From positions 1-57,553 of the forward strand of contig JANQLH010000101.1 in the NCBI GenBank assembly GCA_028280735.1: a stretch of 57,553 nt of DNA, given 5' to 3'. The translations under genes and the position numbers were made by a program. Source of the stretch: SAR324 cluster bacterium (lineage in GTDB: Bacteria > SAR324 > XYD2-FULL-50-16). Of the stretch, positions 31,304 to 42,700 are shown in pieces; within the stretch, counting starts at the first letter, position 1, and every line of letters starts with the position of its first letter. A model generated the notes under the pieces. The model was not told the DNA's origin. It made no database searches and saw only the letters and a program-made list of their open reading frames with translations.

Positions 31304-32905
31304 ATGTCAACAGAAGCGGAATTAAAACAACAAGTGGCTCAACGCCGCACATTTGCAATAATCAGTCACCCTGATGCGGGTAAAACCACGATCACTGAAA
31401 AAATCCTGCTCTATGGGGGGGCCATTCAAATGGCTGGAACGGTGAAGGCGCGAAAATCCAAGAAATTTGCCACGTCGGATTGGATGGAAATTGAGAAACA
31501 GCGCGGTATCAGTGTTACCTCATCGGTTATGAAATTCAGCTATAACGATTTTGAAATCAACCTGCTGGATACACCAGGTCACCAGGACTTTTCCGAAGAC
31601 ACCTATCGCGTATTGACCGCTGTTGATAGCGCGTTGATGCTGATTGACGGTGCCAAGGGGGTAGAGGCACAGACCAAGAAGTTACTGGAGGTCTGTCGTA
31701 TGAGAAATACCCCGGTGATGACCTTTATGAATAAGTTTGATCGGGAATGCAACAATCCTTTTGATCTATTGGATGAAGTGGAAAATGTCTTGAAAATCCA
31801 GTGTAGTCCTCTTTCCTGGCCTATTGGGATGGGTCGTGATTTCAGAGGGATTTATGATTTAACCTCCCAAAGTCTTCGTATCTACCACAATCTGGAAAAG
31901 AAACATGAGTTCGAAACCATTCCGCTAAAAGGTCTGGATGATCCGAAATTGGATGAAACCGTGGGAAATGAATATGCAGACCAATTGAGGGAGGACATGG
32001 AGTTGCTGGACGGAGCCGGCACACCTTTTACTAAAGAGGATTATTTGAGCGGAAAGATCACCCCTGTTTTCTTTGGATCTGCCTTGAGAAATTTTGGGGT
32101 GTTTGAGTTTTTGCATCGGTTTCTGGAACACGCCCCCGAGCCCCAAGCCAGGGAAGCTGTTGAGCGGGTTGTGACGCCTGAGGAGTCCAAGCTTACCGGA
32201 TTTATTTTTAAAATCCAGGCCAATATGGATCCCTCCCATCGTGACAGGATCGCCTTTATGCGAATTTGTTCCGGAAAGTTCAATCGAGGAATGAAACTAT
32301 ATCACTGCCGCCTGCAGCGAATGATTAAAATGAACAGCACAGTGACTTTCATGGCTAAAGAGAGGGAAACACTGGATGAAGGCTATGCCGGAGATATTCT
32401 TGGACTGTATGATCCCGGAATTTTTAAAATTGGTGACAGTTTTAGTCTTGGCGAAAATCTTAGTTTTAAAGGCATACCCAGCTTTTCTCCTGAGAACTTT
32501 ATGAAGGTTCGCCTGGCTGATCCGCTCAAGGGCAAGCAACTGGAAAAGGGCTTGGTTCAACTTACGGAAGAGGGGGCTACCCAGGTTTTCAAAGCGGTTG
32601 CCAGTAACGATCATATTCTCGGGGTTGTCGGTGTCCTGCAGTTTGAAGTGATCAAATTCAGGCTTCAGCACGAATATAGCGTAGAAGGTGTTTTTGAAGC
32701 TGTGCCTTATACTTGTGCACGCTGGTATCACAGCGATGACGACAATGTACTGAAGAAGTTCGAAGAACGCTATATCGCCCAGATCGCCCAGGATGTGAAA
32801 GAGAAAAAGATCTTCCTTTGCAACACCACCTGGGATCTGGAGTACGCCGTTAAGAAATTCGAAGGGATCGAATTTTATCAGAATTCAGACCACATTCCGG
32901 TATAA
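31304..32905 (+). CDS. prfC: Peptide chain release factor 3
   Basis: RRTFAIISHPDAGKTT, SDWMEIEKQRGISV, DTPGHQDFSEDTYR. Confidence 0.98.
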   Translation: MSTEAELKQQVAQRRTFAIISHPDAGKTTITEKILLYGGAIQMAGTVKARKSKKFATSDWMEIEKQRGISVTSSVMKFSYNDFEINLLDTPGHQDFSEDTYRVLTAVDSALMLIDGAKGVEAQTKKLLEVCRMRNTPVMTFMNKFDRECNNPFDLLDEVENVLKIQCSPLSWPIGMGRDFRGIYDLTSQSLRIYHNLEKKHEFETIPLKGLDDPKLDETVGNEYADQLREDMELLDGAGTPFTKEDYLSGKITPVFFGSALRNFGVFEFLHRFLEHAPEPQAREAVERVVTPEESKLTGFIFKIQANMDPSHRDRIAFMRICSGKFNRGMKLYHCRLQRMIKMNSTVTFMAKERETLDEGYAGDILGLYDPGIFKIGDSFSLGENLSFKGIPSFSPENFMKVRLADPLKGKQLEKGLVQLTEEGATQVFKAVASNDHILGVVGVLQFEVIKFRLQHEYSVEGVFEAVPYTCARWYHSDDDNVLKKFEERYIAQIAQDVKEKKIFLCNTTWDLEYAVKKFEGIEFYQNSDHIPV

Positions 32906-33078
32906 TTCCGTCCGAATATTTATTTTTTCGCACATCACGTTTCAATCAAAAACGAATTTAGTTTTTGGATGACGTAAATGTTTCTGCTTCGCTAGTTTTT
33001 TCGAGCAGACAAATTGTTCTGCTGAATCCCGGTTTCATCATCCCGGTTGTTCCAAACTTAAAATTCCCAAGGAGTGAC

Positions 33079-34251
33079 ATGCACAAAATCTTGACAATGA
33101 ATCAGATTTCCCCCAAAGGATTGGATCGTTTTTCCAGAGAGAAGTATGAGGTTGCCAGTGAGATCGGTACTCCCGATGCCATTATGGTTAGAAGTACTCC
33201 AATCAAGCCGGAAGACCTGCCGCCTTCACTGTTGGCGATTGCCAGGGCTGGCGCAGGTGTTGATAAGATTTGTGTTAATGATTGTACCACCAAGGGGATT
33301 CCGGTTTTCAATACGCCAGGTGCAAATGCGAACTCGGTTAAAGAACTGGTAATGCTCTCGTTATTGCTGGCATCACGGGGGGTTATCCGCGGAATTCGGT
33401 TTTTGGATCGATTGGCTACAGAATCCACAGATCCGACAGAAATTACCAGGGTGGTGGAAAAAGAGAAAAAGAGATTTGCCGGAAGTGAGATTATTAATAA
33501 TACTTTAGGCATTGTAGGTTTGGGTGCCATTGGTTCCAAAGTGGCTGAAATGGCAATGGGCATGGGAATGGATGTACTGGGATATGACCCCAGTATCTCC
33601 GTGGAATCCGCCTGGCGGCTGCCTAATTCGGTTGAACGCATCGAGAATTTGCCCACGCTGTTGGCTAAATCGGATTTCATCACCCTGCATATACCCATGC
33701 TGGAATCCACCAAGTATATGATCAACGAAGAGTCTCTCCAGTTTGTTAAAAAGGGAGCCAGGTTGCTAAATTTCTCAAGGGAAGGTATTGTCGAGCCGAA
33801 CGCCGTGGTGAAGGCCCTGGATTCCGGGTCGTTATCGCGTTTTATTACTGATTTCCCACACCCGGTTCTGATGGGAAGAGAAGATATAATCTTGATGCCT
33901 CATATTGGCGCCAGCACCAAGGAAGCTGAAGAAAACTGTGCGACCATGGCTGCCGATCAGCTAATAGATTTCATCGAAAACGGAAACATCATCAATTCTG
34001 TTAATTTCCCGAGACTGGTGCTTGAACGATCCAGCAACCATCGGATAGCCTTTTCGAATAAAAATGTACCGAACATGCTGGGACAGGTGCTTCCGATTCT
34101 GGCTGAACACCATATCAACGTATCGGATATGCTGAATAAAAGCCGGGGAGAAATCGCCTACAGTATCCTGGATCTTAATGAACCAATTACCGATGAAATT
34201 TCTGAAAGGATTAAATCCATTGATGGGATATATTCTTTGAGATCGTTGTAA
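33079..34251 (+). CDS. serA: D-3-phosphoglycerate dehydrogenase with C-terminal ACT domain
   Basis: ARAGAG, NTPGANANSVKE, GLGAIG, PHIGAST.EAE; start placed at ATG 33079 after AAGGAG. Confidence 0.92.
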   Translation: MHKILTMNQISPKGLDRFSREKYEVASEIGTPDAIMVRSTPIKPEDLPPSLLAIARAGAGVDKICVNDCTTKGIPVFNTPGANANSVKELVMLSLLLASRGVIRGIRFLDRLATESTDPTEITRVVEKEKKRFAGSEIINNTLGIVGLGAIGSKVAEMAMGMGMDVLGYDPSISVESAWRLPNSVERIENLPTLLAKSDFITLHIPMLESTKYMINEESLQFVKKGARLLNFSREGIVEPNAVVKALDSGSLSRFITDFPHPVLMGREDIILMPHIGASTKEAEENCATMAADQLIDFIENGNIINSVNFPRLVLERSSNHRIAFSNKNVPNMLGQVLPILAEHHINVSDMLNKSRGEIAYSILDLNEPITDEISERIKSIDGIYSLRSL

Positions 34252-34305
34252 GGTGAGTATAAACGTTTTGATTGCCTAACCATAACCCCCAAACAGAAAA
34301 AACCG

Positions 34306-35397
34306 ATGAAAGCAACTGTATACAACTTTGGAGCAGGACCGGCAAAACTTCCCATTCCGGTTATCCGGAAAATTCAGGAAGATTTTCTCGATTTCAAAAA
34401 TATGGGATCTTCCGTTATCGAAATCAGCCACCGCTCCAAAGAGTTTGATGATTTGCTTTGCGAGACCGATGAGCTGTTTAAGGAAGCAGTGTCACTACCT
34501 GATAATTATCGGGTGTTATATGTACACGGCGGTGCCCAGATGCAATTCTCTGCCATACCCATTAACCTGATCGGCAGAAAACCGGCTCGGAAAGCCTTTT
34601 ATTATGAAAGTGGTAACTTTGCACGTATCGCTGCTAAAGAGGCTCAAAAGTTCGGCAATATCGTCATAGCCGGAAACAGCTCGGATACCAACTACGACAG
34701 GATACCCGAGTTTAAACCGGCTGACATCGATCATGAGGCATCGTATGTCTACATTACCAGCAACAATACTATCTTCGGTACCCGTTGGCATGAATTCCCC
34801 GATACCGGTGATACTCCCCTGGTTGTCGACGCAACATCGGAAATCTTGTCCAGAAAGATGGATTATTCCAAACTTGGATTGTTGTTTGCCGGAGCTCAAA
34901 AAAACCTTGGACCTTCCGGGATAGCGATGGTAATCATCCGTGAAGACCTCTTGGAATATGCCCCGGCTGATACTCCTAAATTGTTGCATTACAAGCTTTA
35001 TGACGAAAAACACTCCCTGGCTAATACCAACAACACCTTTGCCATTTATGTAATCAACCTGGTTTTGAAATGGTTAAAAGATGAAGGCGGTGTGGAACGG
35101 ATCCAAGAAATAAACGAAAAAAAAGCAGCTTTTTTATATGATTATCTGGACGGAACCGATTTTTACAAAGGTCATGCTCATCCTGATCATCGCTCAATTA
35201 TGAATGTCACCTTCAACTTGCCGTCTCAGGAATTACTGGATCTTTTCCTGAAACAGGCAACAGAAGTTGGTTTAACCGCATTAAAAGGTCATCGCAGTGT
35301 CGGAGGAGCCAGGGCTTCTATCTATAACGCTATGCCAATGGAAGGCGTAGAGGCATTGGTTTCCTTCATGAAAGAGTTTGAGCAGAAAAACGGCTAA
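34306..35397 (+). CDS. serC: Phosphoserine aminotransferase
   Basis: YNFGAGPA, EISHRS, AGAQKNLGPSG, KGHRSVGG.RASIYNA. Confidence 0.97.
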   Translation: MKATVYNFGAGPAKLPIPVIRKIQEDFLDFKNMGSSVIEISHRSKEFDDLLCETDELFKEAVSLPDNYRVLYVHGGAQMQFSAIPINLIGRKPARKAFYYESGNFARIAAKEAQKFGNIVIAGNSSDTNYDRIPEFKPADIDHEASYVYITSNNTIFGTRWHEFPDTGDTPLVVDATSEILSRKMDYSKLGLLFAGAQKNLGPSGIAMVIIREDLLEYAPADTPKLLHYKLYDEKHSLANTNNTFAIYVINLVLKWLKDEGGVERIQEINEKKAAFLYDYLDGTDFYKGHAHPDHRSIMNVTFNLPSQELLDLFLKQATEVGLTALKGHRSVGGARASIYNAMPMEGVEALVSFMKEFEQKNG

Positions 35398-35424
35398 TTA
35401 AACCAATAAGCATAGAGATTAACC

Positions 35425-36240
35425 ATGTCAAAACCTGTTTTGGTAGGATGCGGAAACATGGGCTCAGTGCTGGCAGATGCCATTATCGAAAAAGGTATTT
35501 GCTCGGCAAAGGAGCTGACCGTTGTTGAAAAGTATTCAAACCAGTACACGCAAAGATTACAAGAGAAAGGAACACGAGTTCTGGAACATTTCAGCGAATT
35601 GTCCGGAAATCAGGATTTGGTGATTGTTGCAGTGAAACCCCAGGATTCTTCTGAGGTTTTAGATGAAATTGCCACCAGGATCGATGATAATACCCTGGTT
35701 ATCTCCATCATGGCTGGGATCACCCTGGAGTTTTTGAAAAACAAACTTCCGGACGCCCAAATCATAAGGTGTATGCCCAATACACCCTGTGCCATACAAT
35801 TGGGAATGGCTGTTTATTGCGGGAATGGAAGGGTTTCGGACAAGTCTTATGTAATTGCGCAATCTATTCTCTCAACCATGGGAAAAGCCTTCCGGGTCGA
35901 AAAAGAGATCATGATCGATGCGGCTACCGGGATTTCCGGCAGCGGTCCGGCCTATGTGTTTTACCTCGCGGAAGCCTTGAAAGAGGGGGCTATCAAACTG
36001 GGATTTGATGAGGAGCAGGCGGATCTCCTGGCAACGCAAACACTGCTGGGATCATCCACTTTATTGCAACAATCTGAGGATTCTCCGGAAGAACTCCGCA
36101 GAAAAGTAACCTCGCCAAACGGAACCACCCTGGAAGCGACGAAACATTTCGATTCCAAAGGCCTGAAACAGATCCTGATTGAGGGATTTGAAGCAGCCTA
36201 CAATCGCTCGATTGAGCTTGGAAAACCAAAAGAGAATTGA
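35425..36240 (+). CDS. proC: Pyrroline-5-carboxylate reductase
   Basis: GCGNMG, AVKPQ, RCMPNTP, SGSGPAY, VTSPNGTT. Confidence 0.96.
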   Translation: MSKPVLVGCGNMGSVLADAIIEKGICSAKELTVVEKYSNQYTQRLQEKGTRVLEHFSELSGNQDLVIVAVKPQDSSEVLDEIATRIDDNTLVISIMAGITLEFLKNKLPDAQIIRCMPNTPCAIQLGMAVYCGNGRVSDKSYVIAQSILSTMGKAFRVEKEIMIDAATGISGSGPAYVFYLAEALKEGAIKLGFDEEQADLLATQTLLGSSTLLQQSEDSPEELRRKVTSPNGTTLEATKHFDSKGLKQILIEGFEAAYNRSIELGKPKEN

Positions 36241-36291
36241 CCTCCTTTTTATTGACTAAAGCAGTCTAACCAAAAGTCGATCTACAAGGGA

Positions 36292-36324
36292 AGGTAGGAT
36301 GGGCAACTTGTTGCCCATCAACCT
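36292..36324. repeat. GTAG-type REP-like palindrome after proC
   Basis: GTAG followed by GATGGGCAAC-TT-GTTGCCCATC, a perfect 10-bp stem. Confidence 0.45.
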
Positions 36325-36732
36325 GACTACTGATAAGAATCGTTGCGTTTGAATTCGAAAACGAAAGCCTTAACACCTCCTAAAACCAACAACTACTAAT
36401 CCTATTTATCCTCGCTAGTCTTGTTTGTACCTTCTCTAAGATTTCCTGCACAACTAAAGGAACTCAAGCTTTTCCTTTTCCAATTTGATCGAATCTTTCT
36501 GATTCAATTCCTAAATATAGGCAACACTTTTTCACTCAATTTACTGAATTGTTTATCTATTGAAAGGCAAACGACTTTCAAATTGATCTAATGCTGGCAA
36601 TGTGAGATAGAAATTGGCTGAGTTTTTAATTATTTAAAAGTTTTTTCAGAACTGATCTCTATAGGGTGATTCCTTCTATTCGATTTTATAAAGTTCCTTT
36701 AAATCACCTTCCAGGCCAATCCCCAATTCGAT

Positions 36733-39700
36733 ATGAAAACAATGAAATTATTCAAACACATCCTACTGACAATAATCTTCGTATTTTCATTTAATCAAAA
36801 TATTTTAGCTGGTGTTGAACCGGATGGTTCTTACACTCATGTCATTCCCATTGAAATACCCAAAGGCATCAACGACGTGCAACCGAACCTGGCCTTGGTT
36901 TACAACTCCAATGCAGGCAATGGCATGTTGGGTGTGGGTTGGACACTTTCCGGATTACCGACCATCACCAGAATGAATTGGGGCAGGGGAATTAACTATG
37001 ATGGTCAGGATACCTATGTCGGACCGGAAGGACGATTGGCTAAAATTGCCGGAGAAACCTACTACCGGGCAGAAATTGATCAAAGCTCCAAATACGAACC
37101 CCTGTTTGAAGGCAGTCCTGAATTGGCAGGTACCTGCAACGTCCCTACAGAGTTGGAATCAACAGAACCTTGTGCCTGGATAGTCACCGACCGGGAAGGA
37201 AATACCTGGTATTACGGATTTACCGATAATTCACGAATTGAAGCTGTTGGGAAAAACGGTGCTGTTAGAATTTGGGCGCTAAATAGAACGACAGACCCAA
37301 TGAATAATTCCTTTAACATTAGTTTTTTAGAAGATCCTACAAATCAAGGCGATGGTGATTATTATCCTAATCAAATTACATACTCCAATTATTCAATTAA
37401 GTTTGGTTATGGCTCAACTAATTCATCAAATCCAGATATCAGAAGCGATAATTTTGAATCATACGTAAGTGGTTCAAAAGTCAGAAAAAACTACTTGTTG
37501 AAGTGGATTACAGCAGCTCCTTTAAACTCTGCAACACAGATTCGTTCGTATAATCTTGAGTATTTGAAGAAGGATAATCATAGACTTCTTACTAAAGTAA
37601 ATTCTTGGAACAACAATACAAACGAATATAAAACATTGTATGAAAATCAGTATTCTAGTGTTGAAGACTATTCGTTTCATTCAAATAAAACATGGACGAC
37701 TAACTACGGTTCTGGATGGAATGATGCTGATAATTATTCAACAATTCAATATCCAGATATAAATGGTGATGGAAAACCAGATATTTGTGGAAGATCAGAT
37801 TCTGGAATTAAATGCGGATTAAATTCAGGAGAATCTTTTAGTGAAGTGACCCGTTGGACTACAGGATTCGGATCGAGTTGGGGCTACCCTCAAAACTATT
37901 CCACACTTACTTTTCTGGATCTTGATAGTGACGGAAAATCAGATATTTGTGGCAGGGCTGAAACAGGAATCTATTGTGCTCTTAGCAATGGAAGCAGTTA
38001 TAATACCTACACACAATGGAGTTCATACTATGGAGCAGGTTGGAATGCCGAGCAGCATTATTCTACTATAAGATTCCCAGACCTAAATGGAGATGGCAGA
38101 CCTGATATTTGTGGAAGGGCTGGGAATGGAATCTACTGTGGTTTGAACAACGGAACTAGCTTCGATTATCCGTCGCTTTGGACTCCAAGTTATGGATCTA
38201 GTTGGCACATTCCACAGCATTACTCCACAATTACCTACCCGGACTTAAATGCTGACGGAAAGTCAGATATCTGTGGTAGAGCTGGTTCTGGAATATATTG
38301 CGGAATAAACAACGGCAGTGGTTTTGATCCTTATACAAAATGGACAAATTATTATGGAGCAGGATGGAATGCTGAACAGCATTATTCTACAATAAGATTC
38401 CCGGACTTAAACGGAGATGGCAGGCCTGATATATGCGGAAGGGCTGGGAATGGAATTTACTGTGGTTTAAACAACGGGAATGGTTTCGATTACCCGTCGC
38501 TTTGGACGCCATGTTATGGGTCAAGTTGGCACATTCCACAGCATTACTCCACGATTACCTACCCGGACTTAAATGCTGACGGAAAGTCAGATATCTGTGG
38601 AAGAGCTGGTTCTGGAATATATTGCGGAATGAACAACGGCAGAGGCTTTGACCCGTATACTCAATGGACCCATAGTTATGGCAACACTTGGAATGCACAT
38701 GCACACTATTCAACAATAAAATATCCTGATCTGAATGGGGATGGTAGGCCTGATATTTGCGGAAGAGCCAGTGGTGGAATAGTTTGTCATACAACAAAAA
38801 CTGAGACCTCAGCTAAGCTAATTTCTACATCAAAAGAGAATAGTCATAATTTACGCATAACATACACACCATCACAGTCATTTGACGAATCGATAATTGA
38901 AAGTAACAATTGTTCAAATTCTAGTGGTGCTGGCTACAGTCAACCCTGTGGAATTTCCAATTCATTTCCTAGATTCCTTGTCTCAGAAATTCAGACCTCG
39001 AACAGCCGAGCTTCAACAGGTAATGAATCAGATGCCACAGAGGACACTGACATTATTACTACCTATGATTATGAAAATGGTAGAGTTTACCCAGGTACAG
39101 TTCAGGAAAAAAGGGACCTGGGCTTTGAAACAATTACAGAAAAAACCTACGCGGCAACGCCTACTGGAAATGAATTGATCTCTTCCAAGGTTACCAATTA
39201 CAGGCAGGAAGCGTTGATCGACCTTGGAAATGGATTGGAAAAATCTCCCTTTACCGGGCTTCCCATGTCGATTACAGAGTATGCGGGTGATGTAGCTCCT
39301 GAGAACCTGGCAACTAAATCGGAATTTTTCTACAATGAAAACGAGACCAACCTATTTCCGGCTGGCACGGCAAACAAAGATGTCGTACAACCACTGCTAA
39401 CCAAAAAAGTCACCTCAATATACCAGGGAGTTACCACCACAGATATTTCTCAGCTGGCTACCAAAACCTTCGATTTCCTGACTTACGACATCTTTGGCAG
39501 AAATACAGAAACCAGCACCTGTGTTTTTGACAGCGATGTCGCCAACACTACCAGCTGTGCACCTAACGACGTTGAAACTATTGTCACCGACTATCGCCCC
39601 GGCTGGAACCTCGGTGAATTATGGAATGCTGAATCACCTACGAAAATAACCAAAACAGTTGATGGCACACTGGTTGATGAATTGACCTTTGAATACCACC

Positions 39701-42700
39701 CAAATGCTCCCTATCTCTTGAAAACCGAAAACAAAAAACTGTTTTGCGAAACCGGGGAAAGTTGCCCCGGACCAGCCGTCTTGCCTGTCCGGCAAAATAT
39801 CACTTACAATACCAACGGACTGGTCACTGCCGAGACTGATGCCAATGGCAATACAACCTCATTCACCTATAAACTTGACAGACCTGGTCTGGTTGAAACT
39901 GTCATCAAATCGGTCGACAGCACTCCTTTTACGATTGCCTATGGCTATGATGATTTTGGCAGAGTCAGTTCCAAACAGGGTGTTAACGGACAATCCACGA
40001 CCTATGTATATGACGGGTTAGGCCGTATTACACAGGTCACCAACCCCCTCGGAGGCATAATCAATTACACCTACAGTGACGGTTCCCCCGACACCGATCA
40101 GTTATGGCGAAAAACCGAAAAAACAGAGGAAACAGGATCAGGTCTTAAAACCATCACTAAAACGGAATATTATGATGGGTTCGATTTTGTATACAAGATT
40201 GAAACTGTTGGAGAAGTTAATCCGGCAGAAGACAAAACCATCATTGTCGAAAATAAAAAATCCTATCAAAATGGAAAATTGGTAACAGAAACCAGCAACC
40301 CCTATTTTTCAGATGCTGATCCTGCCGATATCGTCTGGAAAAAAACCACGAACGATGTCCTTGGTCGCCTGGAACGGATAGATATGGTGGACGGTTCCCA
40401 TGTTCGATATGAATATGGATTGGACCTGGTTAACGGTCAGAACATGACTTGGGTGAAGAAGTACACTACCAACGACTCCGGAGCTGAGGTCTTTGCCCAG
40501 ACGTTTTTCAACAAAAAAGGGTTGTTGTACAAAAAGGTTGATCAGGCAGGTAACGAAACTCATTATCATTTTGACCTTGCCGGAAGAGTCAACCAGGTGG
40601 AGTTACCGGAAGATGAATCCGCCAATCGTCAATCTCTCCATGTGAAGTATGATAGTTTCGGACGAAGAACTTCCCTGGACGATCCAAGTCTGGGGCTGAC
40701 CAGGTTTGAATATGACGCAATCGGGAACCTGGTAAAACAAACCGATACCAATAACCGGGACACCCTGTTTTCTTATGATGCGTTGAACAGGGTCAAAACC
40801 AAACAGGTGAATGGTGGTGCCATCACTTCTTATACCTACGATGAAACCTCACACAGCTTTGCCAAAGGAAGACTAACGACCATCACTGATTCGACAGGTG
40901 TTCATAAGTTTCACTACGATCAACTGGGAAATATCGTCCAGAAAATCCGGGATGTGAGCGGCCTGGGAACAGGTTTCAGCGAAACCTCCACCTACTCCAA
41001 ATTCGGCAGGCAGCTTTACTATACCTTTCCTGATAGCACCGCCCAGACCATTGACTACACAGGGATTGGGAACCATGCTGCAACCAGGATGGAATATGCT
41101 GCTTCAGTGCTGGCGGAAGCCACCTTTGCCGATTACAACGCCACCATGCAAATGCAGCAAAAATCGATCGGCGATAGCACCAACAAAGTCGTTTCCAATT
41201 ATACCTACAATCCGGGTGGGTATTTGCAATCACTGCAGACCTGCAAAACGGGTCCGGGTAGCACTTGTCTGGCTCCCATCGTCCAGGATTTATCTTACGA
41301 GTTTTATGATTATGGCATGGTGAAACAGATCACGGACAATCGTTCCGGAAGTAAAGTCATTGATGGTATCAATACCGATGCCACCCAGGTTTTTAAATAT
41401 GACGATCTGGGCCGATTGGTAAAAGCTTATTGGGGTACTGAACTAGATCCTTCCGAGACCATTGAGTTTGGTTATAACGAGATTGGAAATCACAAATGGA
41501 GAAAAAATCATCTGTTTGAACCTACCGGAACGACCTTGAAATTCAGAAAGTACCTCCATGTCGGCCAGCAAGTCAGGGCTGCCCACGAAGAGACTGATCC
41601 GGCCGGAGGAGATTTTGTTGTCGATGCCAGCAACAAAACGTTGGATGCTAAATATGATAATTTGGGCAACATGATTCAGAAGTCTGAAACAGGTGTGGTC
41701 TGGGATTATCAGTATGATGATGAAAACAGATTGATCAAGGTTTTTAAGAACAATATTCTGAATTCAGAATTCACCTACGATTACAGAGGGCAACGCGTTT
41801 CTAAAGTGTATCATTACATGGAAGACAGCATCGCCAAGACCATCACCACCTGGTATGTCAGCCCTACTTATGAAATTCGAATCACCAGCGATGGATCCCA
41901 AACCCATACCAAATATATGATGCTGGCTGGAAAAGGAAAGATTGCCTCCCGGACCAAACCTTATAGTCCTATGCAGGCAGTAGTGTTTCAGTCAGATCGG
42001 CATTTTGCCATGGCAGGGTTGATAACGATTGATACCTTTGACAACCTGACGAACAAGCTGACCCTGAATTTTCTGGGATTTGCCAGTCATCCGGGATCAG
42101 GGCCGTTGGGTAAAAAGGCTATTCAGTCTCTGTTTATTGTTGTGTTGCTATTGTTGATGTGGTTTGCCTGGAGAAAACGGGACCGGCAATTCAAATCTTC
42201 ATTTGCCGCCTGGCAGAAGTTCACTGCAGCTCCGCTCCTCTGTATCTTCTTTCTGGCAAGCTGTCAATCAGCGGATAGTTCCAGCAGTGGATATGCAGGC
42301 GAAATAAGCTATATAGGTGATGATGGCTCACGCCTGACAACCATGGATTTGTCAGGCCCAACGACAGGTGGAGTCCCGGAAGGAACTTACTATTATCATA
42401 CCAACCACCTAGGCTCATCCACAGTGATCACAGACGAGAACGGTCTCGTCACAACCCGACTGACCTATAATCCCTTCGGAGAAGTAGTCCAAAGCCGCTC
42501 CTGGGGCCTCAACGCCGTCACCCACAAATTCACCTCCCAGGAACTCGACGAAGAAACCGGCCTGATGTACTACAACGCCCGGTTCTATGATCCTTCTATT
42601 GGAAGGTTTCTTACAGCAGACACCATAGTACCTAATCCAACTAACGCCCAGCACTTTAATCGATACGCATATGTCATAAACAATCCTATTAAATATACTG

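Noticed and set aside
37693-38790. 162/324-bp DNA repeats as a CRISPR array or DGR template/variable pair
   Set aside because: The repeats are in-frame coding units with mostly synonymous differences that are not adenine-specific; there are no spacers, cas genes or reverse transcriptase.
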